The notes: generated from the letters alone by a model not told the origin. A stretch of 64,000 bases of DNA from Candidatus Limnocylindrales bacterium (GCA_035473355.1 DATIOJ010000126.1:4823-68822); one strand, 5' to 3'; positions 1-8,701 are shown, counted from the first letter of the stretch. Numbers and translations: made by a program.

Positions 1-2
1 AC

Positions 3-233
3 CAGCAGCGGGCGTTCGAGCTGATCAAGGACCAGGCCTTCGTGCGCGAGGCGAAAGTGGAGGACGGCGTCGTCCTTTTATATGTGGACCGCGGCGAGGA
101 GGCCATGCCGGCCATCCTGCGCCTCCTCGACGGCGCGAGCCTGCAGCTGAAGACCGTCGAGCTGCACCGGCCCAGCCTGGACGACGTGTTCCTCCGCCAG
201 ACCGGACGATCACTTCGGGAGACCGCGGCATGA
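3..233 (+). CDS. ABC transporter ATP-binding protein, C-terminal fragment (5' end outside window)
   Basis: The frame is open from the window edge. The tail ...ELHRPSLDDVFLRQTG is typical of DrrA-type ABC ATPases. Its stop overlaps the next start (ATGA at 230-233). Confidence 0.8.
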   Translation, partial: QQRAFELIKDQAFVREAKVEDGVVLLYVDRGEEAMPAILRLLDGASLQLKTVELHRPSLDDVFLRQTGRSLRETAA

Positions 234-991
234 AGCTGCTGCGCGACACGTGGCTCGTCTTCGGGCGCTACTTCGGCATCTTCATCCACAACCCCGTGTG
301 GGTTTTCCTCGGCGTGCTCCAGCCCGTCCTCTACCTGGTCCTGTTCGCGCCCCTGTTGAAGCCGTTGGCGGCGATGCGGGGCTTTCCTCCCGGCGGCGCC
401 TACAACGTGTTCGTGCCGGGCCTCCTCGTCCAGCTCGGAATGTTCGGCGCGGCCGGCGTTGGATTTAGCCTGATCTCCGAGCTGCGCATGGGCGTGATCG
501 AGCGGCTGCGCGTCACACCGGTCAGCCGGGTCGCCCTGCTGTTCGGACGCGCCCTGCGCGACATGTTCTCGATCGTCCTCCAGTCGCTGATCCTGATCCT
601 CATCGCCCTTCCGTTCGGCCTCAGCATCCACCCGCTGGGAGTGGTGGTGGTGCTCGCGCTGATCGGCCTCATCGGGCTGCTCACGGCGTCGATCGCGTAC
701 GCGGTGGCGCTTGCCGTCAAGAGCGAGGACAGCTACGCCCCCATCGTGTTCACGTCGACGCTTCCCATCCTTCTTCTGTCTGGGGTGCTGCTGCCGATGA
801 GCATCGCGCCGCAGTGGCTGCAGGACATCGCGCACGTGAACCCTCTGCTGTACGCCGTCGACGCGGCGCGCGCGGTGTTCCTGGGCAACCTCAACGACCC
901 CAGCGTTGCCAAAGGCGTACTGATCCTCGCCGTGCTGTCGGTGATCGCGACCGTGATCGGCGCGCGGCAGTTCGGGCGCGCGGTGGCCTGA
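230..991 (+). CDS. ABC-2 type transporter permease (DrrB-like)
   Basis: 253 aa with about 6 hydrophobic helices. It is translationally coupled to the upstream ATPase and has the ABC-2 style ...VNPLLYAVDAAR... segment. Confidence 0.85.
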   Translation: MKLLRDTWLVFGRYFGIFIHNPVWVFLGVLQPVLYLVLFAPLLKPLAAMRGFPPGGAYNVFVPGLLVQLGMFGAAGVGFSLISELRMGVIERLRVTPVSRVALLFGRALRDMFSIVLQSLILILIALPFGLSIHPLGVVVVLALIGLIGLLTASIAYAVALAVKSEDSYAPIVFTSTLPILLLSGVLLPMSIAPQWLQDIAHVNPLLYAVDAARAVFLGNLNDPSVAKGVLILAVLSVIATVIGARQFGRAVA

Positions 992-1013
992 CCGAGCAGA
1001 CCGCGGTTACCGC

Positions 1014-1043
1014 TTGACAAGTGACCAAATAGTCACATAAAAT
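1014..1043 (+). promoter_or_regulatory. Candidate sigma70-type promoter with embedded inverted repeat (ArsR operator candidate)
   Basis: TTGACA at 1014-1019, an 18-nt spacer, then TAAAAT at 1038-1043. GTGAC-N6-GTCAC (1021-1036) lies in the spacer. The GTG start at 1051 is 7 nt after the -10 box, so the mRNA would be leaderless. Confidence 0.45.
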
Positions 1044-1050
1044 CGGCGAC

Positions 1051-1827
1051 GTGGAACCCGTGTTCAGGGCGCTGGCAGACGTCAGCCGGCGCAAGCTGCT
1101 GGACCGACTCTTTCAGCGCGACGGCCAGACGCTGACCGAGCTCGCCCAGAGCCTTCCCTCCATGACCCGCTTCGGGGTCATGAAGCACCTTCACGTGCTG
1201 GAGGAGGCGGGGCTGCTCACGACCCGACGCGAAGGGCGCGAGAAGCTGCACTACCTGAACGCGGTCCCGATCCGGCTCATCCATGACCGCTGGATCGGCA
1301 AGTACAGGAAGACGCGCGCTGCAGCGCTCGTCGAATTGAAGCTCGACCTGGAGGAAGAGATGAGTGCAGTCGACCAACGACCCGCGCAGATCTACACGGT
1401 TTTCATCCGCGCTCCGCGCGAGAAGGTGTGGGACGCGATCACCAAGCCGGAGTTCACGCACCGCTACTTCTACGGCAGCGAAGCATCGCGGCCCTGGAAG
1501 GTCGGCGAGACGCAGCTCTTCACCGAGCACGGCACCAACCGCCTGCTCGTCGAAGGGGAGGTCATCGAGTACGACCGACCGCGCCGCCTGGTCCACGGCT
1601 GGATCGTCCACTACGACGATGCGCTCACCACGGAGGGCCCGAGCCGGGTCACATATGAGCTGGAGGAGACCGACGGAATAACCAAGCTCACCGCGATCCA
1701 CGACGACTTCCCGAGCGGCAGCAAGGTGTACGACAACGTGGCCGGCGGCTGGCCCTACGTGCTCAGTGGCCTGAAGACGCTGGTCGAGACGGGTGCGCCA
1801 CTGAAGCCGGAAAAGGTGGCGGTCTAG
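1051..1827 (+). CDS. ArsR-family HTH regulator fused to SRPBCC/AHSA1-like domain
   Basis: The N-terminus LADVSRRKLLDRL...LTELAQSLPSMTRFGVMKHLHVLEEAGLL is an ArsR wHTH. The C-terminal ~150 aa resemble the Aha1/START-like fold (IRAPREKVWDAITKPEF...). Confidence 0.85.
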   Translation: MEPVFRALADVSRRKLLDRLFQRDGQTLTELAQSLPSMTRFGVMKHLHVLEEAGLLTTRREGREKLHYLNAVPIRLIHDRWIGKYRKTRAAALVELKLDLEEEMSAVDQRPAQIYTVFIRAPREKVWDAITKPEFTHRYFYGSEASRPWKVGETQLFTEHGTNRLLVEGEVIEYDRPRRLVHGWIVHYDDALTTEGPSRVTYELEETDGITKLTAIHDDFPSGSKVYDNVAGGWPYVLSGLKTLVETGAPLKPEKVAV

Positions 1828-1832
1828 CCACG

Positions 1833-2081
1833 ATGGTCATGGTCGAGTCCAACAAGGCGCTGGCTCGACGGCTCTACGAGGAGGTCTTTGGTCGCGGCAA
1901 CTTCGCCGCGGCCGACGAGATCATGGCCGTGGATTGCGTCAGCCATGGGCCCGGCTCTCCGCCACTCGTGGGGACGGACCAGATCAAGCGCCAGGCGGCG
2001 TTGCTGCGGACCGCGATGCCCGACCTGCACACGATCCTCAACGACCAGGTAGGCGAGGGTGACCGGGTGGTGAGCAGGTGA
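1833..2081 (+). pseudogene. SnoaL-like / ester-cyclase-like fragment (apparently 3'-truncated)
   Basis: 82 aa: NKALARRLYEEVFGRGNFAAADEIMAVDCVSHGP...MPDLHTILNDQVGEGDRVVSR. This matches the first ~60 percent of ~140-aa SnoaL_2 ester cyclases and stops where the conserved RW..TGTH.G segment should begin. Only 38 nt remain before the convergent RidA stop. Confidence 0.45.
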
Positions 2082-2119
2082 CCGGTCGGGGCAGCAGCTC
2101 GGAGCGCTTAGTGACTGAC

Positions 2120-2506
2120 CTAGGCCTTGCACGCCCACGCGTCGATCTCAACGCGATATTCCAGTGCGACCAGCCTGGCGACGTAGACGAGCGTTGAGCA
2201 GGGCTCGTGACCAGCGAGCCAGGCAGTCGTGACCTCGCGCCGGCGTTGATTGTCGATCTCGCCGACGAGATACCACGTCACCTTGACCAGGTCGCGGATC
2301 CCCATGCCGCCGGCCTCCAGGTTGCGCTGCACGTTGTTAAGCGCCAGCTCGAGCTGGTCGATCGGATCGTCAGGGACGCGGCCATCTGGAGCGCGTCCGA
2401 CCTGGCCCGCCATCACAAGCCAGCGGGCATTGGCCGGGACCTCGGACTGGTGGCTGTACGGCCCGACGGGCGCGTGGATGGACGGTGGGTTATGGCGTTC
2501 GATCAT
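2120..2506 (-). CDS. RidA/YjgF/L-PSP family protein
   Basis: 128 aa. It carries ...APVGPYSHQSEV...LVMAGQVG...QLELALNNVQRNLEAGG...VKVTWYL..., typical of the RidA family. Confidence 0.85.
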   Translation of the reverse strand: MIERHNPPSIHAPVGPYSHQSEVPANARWLVMAGQVGRAPDGRVPDDPIDQLELALNNVQRNLEAGGMGIRDLVKVTWYLVGEIDNQRRREVTTAWLAGHEPCSTLVYVARLVALEYRVEIDAWACKA

Positions 2507-2571
2507 CTCGCCATTCTGCCCGGGTCAGGGTTCGGGAACCGACGCGTCATTCATCTTCACTCCTTCTCATA

Positions 2572-3645
2572 TCAGTCCCAGCGAAAGACGCGCCCAGCGG
2601 CGATCAGCAGGACGATCGCCCAGGCGAGCAGCCAGACCAGGTCCACCTCGATCGCAGCGAGATTGGCCCCCTGTCCAAGCTGTTGCATCCCATCGGTGAC
2701 GTAGGACACCGGGAGGTACTTGGTGATGCGGGCAATGCCTGGTGGGAGTGCCGCGGAAAGCAGCGCAATGAATATCATCGGAAAGGCAATGCTCTGGGCG
2801 ACCGCGGTCGCCCGCTGAGGGTCTTTGATCCAGCCGGCGATCGCGAGACCCATGCCCAGGAAGACGAGGTAGGCGACCACCAGCAGCAGGAACAGCGAAA
2901 CCAGGTCGAGGTGGACACTGAAGAGCAGGCTCGCGGCAACGAGGATGGCCGCGGTCTGGAGCGCTCCCATGGCAAAGGACGACGTTGCGTGGGCCAGCAC
3001 GAAGATCGAGGGACTGATTCCGGTGGCCTTGAGCCGGCGCAACACGCCGGTTGACTTGTAGTTGGAGAATGTGCCCGCAGCAAGCATCAGTCCGCTGCCG
3101 ATGATGTTGAACGCGACGATACCCGGCAGCAGGAAGTCGATCGGTCCGGCAGACCTGGTGTGCAGCGCCGCGGTCGATACCGAGATGGTCGGCACCTCCT
3201 TCAGGACGTTTTGGTCATAGCTGTCGACCGTGGCTTTGAGGAGCGGTAGGCTCGTCTCGCCCGCGGTTCCCGCGCGATAGGTGACCTCGAGGCTGACGGG
3301 GGCGGGACGGCCAGAAGAATCCTGTTGGCCAAAACTGGGCGGGATCACGACTTCAAGGTCGACCTTGCCCTGGCTGAGCAGCACACGCGCGCTTGCCTCG
3401 GACGCCTCCGTCACATCGAAGCTGGAAACCGAGCGCAGATCGCCGATCAGAATGGCTGCCGCGCCGTTCGAGGCGTCGACGACGACCAGCCTGGTGTGAG
3501 GTCCAGGGCTGTCAAACACAATCTTGAACAGGAACAAAAGGACGAGCAGCGCCAGGAAGAGTGATGAGGACGCGACCGGGTTGCGCACGTACATCTTGAA
3601 GTTGGAGATGGTCAATGAGCCGTAGGCGCGGATCTGGTTGTTCAT
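2572..3645 (-). CDS. ABC-2 family transporter permease with large extracytoplasmic loop
   Basis: 357 aa with one N-terminal TM helix, a ~150-aa loop and a C-terminal 5-TM ABC-2 core. Its start lies 1 nt after the ATPase stop. Confidence 0.8.
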   Translation of the reverse strand: MNNQIRAYGSLTISNFKMYVRNPVASSSLFLALLVLLFLFKIVFDSPGPHTRLVVVDASNGAAAILIGDLRSVSSFDVTEASEASARVLLSQGKVDLEVVIPPSFGQQDSSGRPAPVSLEVTYRAGTAGETSLPLLKATVDSYDQNVLKEVPTISVSTAALHTRSAGPIDFLLPGIVAFNIIGSGLMLAAGTFSNYKSTGVLRRLKATGISPSIFVLAHATSSFAMGALQTAAILVAASLLFSVHLDLVSLFLLLVVAYLVFLGMGLAIAGWIKDPQRATAVAQSIAFPMIFIALLSAALPPGIARITKYLPVSYVTDGMQQLGQGANLAAIEVDLVWLLAWAIVLLIAAGRVFRWD

Positions 3646-3646
3646 G

Positions 3647-4456
3647 TCAGCCCTCCCTGAGCTGCTTGCCAGTGATATGGAGGTAGACGTCTTCCAGGTC
3701 CCCCGGCCACACGACCACGTCTTTGTGGAACCCCGTCTTCAGTAGCTCCTGCACCAGGGCGAGGGGCGTATCGAGCGCGAGGATCCTCCCTGAGTCCAGG
3801 ATCGCCACCCGGTCACACAGGTGCTGGGCTTCCTCCATGTAGTGGGTGGTCAGGACGATCGAGCGCCCTTCGCGGCGCAAGCGGTCGATCAGGTCCCAAA
3901 GGCTGCGACGGGCCTGCGGATCAAGACCTGTGGTCGGCTCGTCCAGGAAGAGGAGCGGAGGGTCATTGACCAGCGCAACTGCGACCGCAAAGCGCTGTTG
4001 CTGGCCGCCCGACAGAGTCTTGACCTGGCGCCGTGCCAGGTCTTTCAGGCCAACGCGATCCAGCAGTTGCTCAGCCTCCCGCTCCTTCCCGTAGAGGTCG
4101 GCGAACAGACCCAACAGCTCGATGAGCGTCAGCCGTTCGAAGAACGCGCTCTTCTGGAGGGCGATGCCGATCGATCCCCGGACGCGCTCCGGGTACCGAG
4201 CAACGTCGACGCCATCGACGGTCACGGTCCCGCGATCGATCGGAAGCATGCCTTCGACCATCTCGAGGATGGTCGTCTTGCCGGCGCCGTTGGGTCCCAG
4301 CAGGCCGAAGACCTCGCCGCGTTTCACCTCAAAGCTGACACCCCGTACCGCATGGACGGTTCCGTAGGATTTCTCCAGATCGCGGACGATCACCAGCGCC
4401 TGGTCTGTTGCCAGATCAGTCGTGTTTTCGACGTAGGCGTCGATTCGAGCGCTCAT
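3647..4456 (-). CDS. ABC transporter ATP-binding protein
   Basis: Walker A GPNGAGKTT, signature LSGGQQQR and Walker B LLFLDEPTTGLD are present. The ATG at 4456 is preceded by GAGGAGG. The annotated 447-aa ORF is an N-terminal over-extension. Confidence 0.9.
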   Translation of the reverse strand: MSARIDAYVENTTDLATDQALVIVRDLEKSYGTVHAVRGVSFEVKRGEVFGLLGPNGAGKTTILEMVEGMLPIDRGTVTVDGVDVARYPERVRGSIGIALQKSAFFERLTLIELLGLFADLYGKEREAEQLLDRVGLKDLARRQVKTLSGGQQQRFAVAVALVNDPPLLFLDEPTTGLDPQARRSLWDLIDRLRREGRSIVLTTHYMEEAQHLCDRVAILDSGRILALDTPLALVQELLKTGFHKDVVVWPGDLEDVYLHITGKQLREG

Positions 4457-4458
4457 CC

Positions 4459-4848
4459 TCAGCCCCTCCTCATCGCGATGAACAGCCCAACCAGATACGT
4501 GACCCCGAATACCGCGCCCAGCGGAGGCCATATCGATTGGTCGATGGCGCCGCGCACCACGTCGTAGAAGAACCCGCCGACGATGACCAGCGCCAGAACC
4601 TGGCCGGCCGTGGCCGCCGCGCGGGTGTGCGCACTGGCGGTGCGCTCGTCCTCGCCGGGCGCGCTGAGGACAGCGATGGGATCCCAGCGCCGTCCCAACA
4701 GGAGGATCAGACCGTACGCAACCATGATTCCGGACATGGCGAGAGCCAGCGGGAGCGGAACATGGCCGACCACGGCCAGGCCGAAGATGACGACGGCGAG
4801 GATGAAGGCGCCGCCGGCTCCATTGATAAATGACCACGCCCTGCTCAT
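4459..4848 (-). CDS. Small integral membrane protein (4 predicted TM helices)
   Basis: 129 aa. ATGA overlap with the XRE stop, and it ends 2 nt before the ATPase start. It resembles membrane partners commonly paired with ~70-aa XRE regulators. Confidence 0.65.
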   Translation of the reverse strand: MSRAWSFINGAGGAFILAVVIFGLAVVGHVPLPLALAMSGIMVAYGLILLLGRRWDPIAVLSAPGEDERTASAHTRAAATAGQVLALVIVGGFFYDVVRGAIDQSIWPPLGAVFGVTYLVGLFIAMRRG

Positions 4849-5060
4849 CTGCGACCTCCATCGCTGTTCGACGCGGTGTCGAAGATCTGCTCCACCGGCA
4901 ACTCGAAATAGCGCGCCAGCGCCAACGCGAGCGGCAGCGACGGCGTGTATCGCTCGGTCTCGATGGCGTTGACCGTCTGCCGGGAGACACTCACCGCCTT
5001 GGCAAGATCGCCCTGTGAGAGCTGTCGAGCGGTTCTCAACTCGCGGATCCGGTTCTGCAC
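4845..5060 (-). CDS. XRE/Cro-CI family HTH transcriptional regulator (~70 aa)
   Basis: IRELRTARQLSQGDLAKAVSVSRQTVNAIETERYTPSLPLALALARYF is a classic HTH_3 sequence. GTG start. Confidence 0.85.
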   Translation of the reverse strand: MQNRIRELRTARQLSQGDLAKAVSVSRQTVNAIETERYTPSLPLALALARYFELPVEQIFDTASNSDGGRR

Positions 5061-5070
5061 TGCAGGTGTA

Positions 5071-5099
5071 AAGTTAGCTTGTCATCCGCCGGATGTCAA
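5071..5099 (-). promoter_or_regulatory. Candidate promoter for the XRE-ABC operon
   Basis: On the minus strand: TTGACA (5094-5099), a 17-nt spacer, then TAACTT (5071-5076). The GTG start is 10 nt downstream, giving a near-leaderless mRNA. Confidence 0.4.
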
Positions 5100-5917
5100 G
5101 TCGGCTTTACAGGCACATGTTCTTTGGAAGCCGTGCCGAGTCGGCGCCCGAACGCCACAGCCACCAGTCCCACCCAGAGGAGACCGCCGTACGCCAGATA
5201 CCAGGTCGCCTCTTGCGACGCGGTCACGTGGGGTGCGCTGAACACGACCAGGAAACCGGTCGAGCTCGCGTGCATCAGCTGGGCGAGCAGAACGCTTCCC
5301 GTCTTGACGTAGAGCCAGCAGATGAGGAGGCGCACGGCCGTGACCAGAAAGACGAACGCCGCGAATAGGGCCGGCCACCACGGGCCGTGCGGGCTGGCGA
5401 CGCCGAGCGAATCAACCACCGGCAGGTGCCAGACGCCCCAGAGGAGCCCGAGCAAGAGGGCGCCGCGCAGAGCGCCGAATCGCTGCCACAAGCGGGGGTA
5501 TGCGTAGCCGGTCCAGCCGATCTCTTCGAAGAAGCCCGCGACCAACCCGAGGGCGAGGCCGACCGGAAAGAACCCCGGCGCGAATGCCGGCGACGCCATG
5601 TGCTCAAGAGCCGTGAGCGTCGCCAGAATTCCGAGCGGGGGAACCAGGAGGGCGGCGTAGTACGAGGCCGGCACCCGCCACAGCCGCATCCGTGACCAGA
5701 GGTCCGCGATCGCCCTCGTGCGCCCGCTGATGGCGGTCAGCGCCGCTCCGGCAGCGCCGACTGTGACGACAAGAATCGGAAAGATCGCCAGCGAGGCGGG
5801 GTTGGGCGACCCACCTGGAGTGAGACGAGGCAGGCCGAGAACGATCAGCGCTGCAGCCGAAGCAGCGTAGACAATCGCAAAATAGGTTCCCAGCGGAAAT
5901 CGGGAAATCAGACGCAT
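5096..5917 (-). CDS. CPBP family intramembrane glutamic endopeptidase (CAAX/Abi-type)
   Basis: Motifs FFEEIGWTGY (EExxxR-like) and LLWGVWHLP (HxxxN/H-like) sit in a polytopic protein. Confidence 0.8.
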   Translation of the reverse strand: MRLISRFPLGTYFAIVYAASAAALIVLGLPRLTPGGSPNPASLAIFPILVVTVGAAGAALTAISGRTRAIADLWSRMRLWRVPASYYAALLVPPLGILATLTALEHMASPAFAPGFFPVGLALGLVAGFFEEIGWTGYAYPRLWQRFGALRGALLLGLLWGVWHLPVVDSLGVASPHGPWWPALFAAFVFLVTAVRLLICWLYVKTGSVLLAQLMHASSTGFLVVFSAPHVTASQEATWYLAYGGLLWVGLVAVAFGRRLGTASKEHVPVKPT

Positions 5918-6586
5918 CTACCGCGACCGCCAGAGCGCAATCGCCGCGGTCACTATCCAGAGCTCCTGGGCTGCCGATAGGACGATGGTCACGATCAGCC
6001 CTGTGCTGCTGAAGACAGCGATCATCCCCGCGAGCTCGAAGGCGATTCCGAGGCCGATGGAGGCAAAGCCAAACCATGGCTGAAGCAAGCGCGAGCCGAG
6101 TAGAACGGCTCCCAGCGCGATGTATGTGACCGATGCGGGCGCGAGCGGAAAGACTCGAACGAACGGACCGTTGCTGAGGTCGAAAGTGGTGACAGCGGTC
6201 GCCGTGTCGCCGGCGGCCGCGGCCGCCGGCACCGCCACAAGCAGGGCGGCCTCGACCAGAACAAGTCCAAGCAGCGACGTCGCGGCGACGATCACCAGTA
6301 GGCCAGGCAAGCGCATGGTCGCGCCCGCTATTTGCAGGATCGCCAGGAAGAAGACCACGCAAAGCAGCGTTCCGGTGACCTGGAAACAGGCCCCGGCATA
6401 GAACAAGCTCGGATGACCGAGCGCGTACGTGGTGATTTGAGCGGCCGATGCGCCGGCGTATGGCCATTGCGAGAACGCGGGTGCGGCAAAGTAGACCGTC
6501 AGCGCGATTGGGCCTGCGATGCCGCAGAACACAGCCAGGAAGCGGAGGGCGCCTTCGTTCGACTCTTCGAATCCAATACGCTGCAT
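5918..6586 (-). CDS. Polytopic membrane protein (DUF4386-like)
   Basis: The ATG at 6586 is preceded by AAGGAGG at good spacing, so I prefer it to the ORF-table start at 6625. About 6 TM helices. It abuts the CPBP gene with no gap. Confidence 0.65.
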   Translation of the reverse strand: MQRIGFEESNEGALRFLAVFCGIAGPIALTVYFAAPAFSQWPYAGASAAQITTYALGHPSLFYAGACFQVTGTLLCVVFFLAILQIAGATMRLPGLLVIVAATSLLGLVLVEAALLVAVPAAAAAGDTATAVTTFDLSNGPFVRVFPLAPASVTYIALGAVLLGSRLLQPWFGFASIGLGIAFELAGMIAVFSSTGLIVTIVLSAAQELWIVTAAIALWRSR

Positions 6587-6644
6587 CGCCACCCTCCTTG
6601 AATGCCCGACGTTGCTCTGGTACAATCCCTGACGTGGTCATTAA

Positions 6645-6665
6645 CTTAGCAACTAAGAGACTTAG
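6645..6665. promoter_or_regulatory. Candidate MarR operator
   Basis: CTTAG-CAA-CTAAG palindrome at 6645-6657 plus a third CTTAG half-site at 6661-6665, directly abutting the marR ATG. TACAAT at 6621-6626 is a possible -10 box. Confidence 0.35.
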
Positions 6666-7124
6666 ATGTCAAGGAGGCTGAGGGCGGCCGCAACGGCGGG
6701 CCTCCTGTCGGAAGCCCGCGGATTGAGTGGCGACTTCGACCGGCTCAGCCAGGCCGTGGCCGAGAAAGTTGGGCTTAGCCAGACCGACCTCCTGGCAATG
6801 GACCTGATCACTCGAGATGGCCACGTCACTGCTGGACAGATCGCCAGCCACCTCCACCTGACCACCGGGGCGATCACGGGCCTCATCGACCGTCTCGAAC
6901 GGTCCGGTTTCGCGAAGCGGCAGGACGACGCAAAGGACCGGCGCCGTGTGGTAGTCGTTGCCACCCCCAAAGGCGATCGAGTTGGCGAACTGTTCGCGCC
7001 CCTCGCCGTGGCCCTTCGGCGAAGCACGGAGGGCTATTCCGAGCCAGACCTCGTCATGCTCACGGATTTCGTCAAGAAGATGAGGACTGCGGTGGCACGC
7101 ACCGTCGACGCAATCCGAGACTGA
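6666..7124 (+). CDS. MarR family transcriptional regulator
   Basis: 152 aa. LSQTDLLAMDLI...VTAGQIASHLHLTTGAITGLIDRLERSGFAKRQDDAKDRRRVVV is a MarR wHTH with wing. Confidence 0.85.
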   Translation: MSRRLRAAATAGLLSEARGLSGDFDRLSQAVAEKVGLSQTDLLAMDLITRDGHVTAGQIASHLHLTTGAITGLIDRLERSGFAKRQDDAKDRRRVVVVATPKGDRVGELFAPLAVALRRSTEGYSEPDLVMLTDFVKKMRTAVARTVDAIRD

Positions 7125-7281
7125 GACAAGGGCTGACCCGCTTCACTCTTTGACGTGGCGTCGAAGTGACGACGCTCTATCAGAGATGCTCCTGTGAGAC
7201 TCGTGACAGCCGAATATCGCAAGGTCTACTCTGCCCATCGGCAACCGCAGCAATCCTGCAGGCGGTCGAAGGAGGCTGGAC

Positions 7282-7881
7282 ATGGTGACACGTGGCACCG
7301 ACATGGGGGCGGCTCTCGCGCGTCTGGGCAGAGCATGGGGATGGATCGTGGGGTACGGCGTCCTGTCCGTGCTGGCAGGGGTCGTGGCCATCGGATGGCC
7401 CGGCGCGACGCTCGTGGTCATCGCGATCGTCTTTGCTCTACAACTGCTGGTTGGTGCCGTCTATCAGTTTGTATTCGTGTTCGCGATTCCGCACGAAAGC
7501 GGTTGGTTGCGAGCACTGGTCGCGCTGGTGGCGATTCTTTCGCTTGTCGTGTCGGTCTACCTCTTGGGCCACGTTGGGCTGACGCTCCTGCTGCTCGCGA
7601 TCCTTCTCGGCGCTTACTGGATCGCCCAGGGCGTCATCGAGCTGTTCGTCGCGCTGGGTCATCCTGAGATCCGAAATCGCGCGTGGGTCCTCGTAAGTGG
7701 CTTGCTGAGCGTAGCCGCGGGGATCGTTGTCGCCGTCTTTCCAGGAATCTCGCTCTTCACTTTGGCGATCGTGCTCGGAGTCTGGCTGGTCTTCTTCGGC
7801 GCGATCCTGATCGGCCGAGGCTGGATGCTTCGATCCCTGGCGCGCCAGGGCAAACCGATGGCTTCGGGAACGGTGGCCTGA
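7282..7881 (+). CDS. HdeD/DUF308 family membrane protein
   Basis: Repeated DUF308-type helices (GVLSVLAGVVAIGWPGATL...). GAAGGAGG lies 6 nt upstream of the ATG. Confidence 0.8.
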   Translation: MVTRGTDMGAALARLGRAWGWIVGYGVLSVLAGVVAIGWPGATLVVIAIVFALQLLVGAVYQFVFVFAIPHESGWLRALVALVAILSLVVSVYLLGHVGLTLLLLAILLGAYWIAQGVIELFVALGHPEIRNRAWVLVSGLLSVAAGIVVAVFPGISLFTLAIVLGVWLVFFGAILIGRGWMLRSLARQGKPMASGTVA

Positions 7882-7884
7882 ACG

Positions 7885-8544
7885 GTGGCGTCCTGGTTCG
7901 GCTCCGGCACCTACACGGAGGCAGCGCGCGAGCAAAGCACGTTGGCCAGGGTGTTGGGCCTCCTTGGGTTGGCGGCAGTCTTCACCGCCGTTGGGGCGTT
8001 ATTCGGTCCGGCACTGGGCCAGATCGGCTTCTGGGTGGCCCTGGTGGGTGGCTTGATCGTCATCATCGCGCTAAGGGCCGCGCGCGATGTCGCACCACTC
8101 AATCTGATCTTACTGATCGTCTTCGCAACACTCGAAGGCATCGTCCTGGGGCAGGTTCTCGAGCTCTATGTCAGCGCCGGACTCAGCTTGATCGTGTTTC
8201 AGGCGGCGGCGGCCACAGCAGTCGCAGCTCTCACGGCAGGAGTCGTCGGCTACACCACGAAGCGCGACCTCAGCAATCTGGGAGGGTTCCTCTTCGGCGC
8301 CCTCGTGATCGTGATCGTCGCTTCGGTGGTTGGCCTGTTCATTCAGGCGCCCCTGCTTTGGACGGTGATCTCAGCGGTTTCGGCAATTCTGTTCACCGCC
8401 TTTCTTGTCTACGACCTTAATCGTGTAGCGCGGATCCAGGGTGCTACCGAGGGCCAGGCGATCCTGCTGGCTGTCTCCGTCTACCTCGATATTTACAACC
8501 TCTTTCTCGACCTGCTCACCCTGCTGTCTGGCAGGCGTCGGTAA
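7885..8544 (+). CDS. Bax inhibitor-1/YccA family membrane protein
   Basis: 219 aa with 7 TM helices and the C-terminal ...YLDIYNLFLDLLTLLSGRRR typical of BI-1. Starts 3 nt after the hdeD-like stop. Confidence 0.8.
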   Translation: MASWFGSGTYTEAAREQSTLARVLGLLGLAAVFTAVGALFGPALGQIGFWVALVGGLIVIIALRAARDVAPLNLILLIVFATLEGIVLGQVLELYVSAGLSLIVFQAAAATAVAALTAGVVGYTTKRDLSNLGGFLFGALVIVIVASVVGLFIQAPLLWTVISAVSAILFTAFLVYDLNRVARIQGATEGQAILLAVSVYLDIYNLFLDLLTLLSGRRR

Positions 8545-8701
8545 GGCTGCGTCGGGGTTACAGGTTTCGACCCGGCAAGTCGCGGCAGCTGGCTCAGCTT
8601 CCTGAAGCGAGTCTTCGTAAGGAGGCTTGACGGCAATGGCAGGAACGCGGATGCTGGCGCCGTAACGGTCGTCGTGCGTCCCGGCAAGACGTCAGCTGGA
8701 G

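Noticed and set aside
4457-4990. N-terminal extension of the 447-aa ORF containing the ABC ATPase
   Set aside because: The extension overlaps the XRE and small membrane genes in another frame and is Arg/Pro/Gly-rich. The ATPase has its own ATG at 4456 with a GAGGAGG SD.
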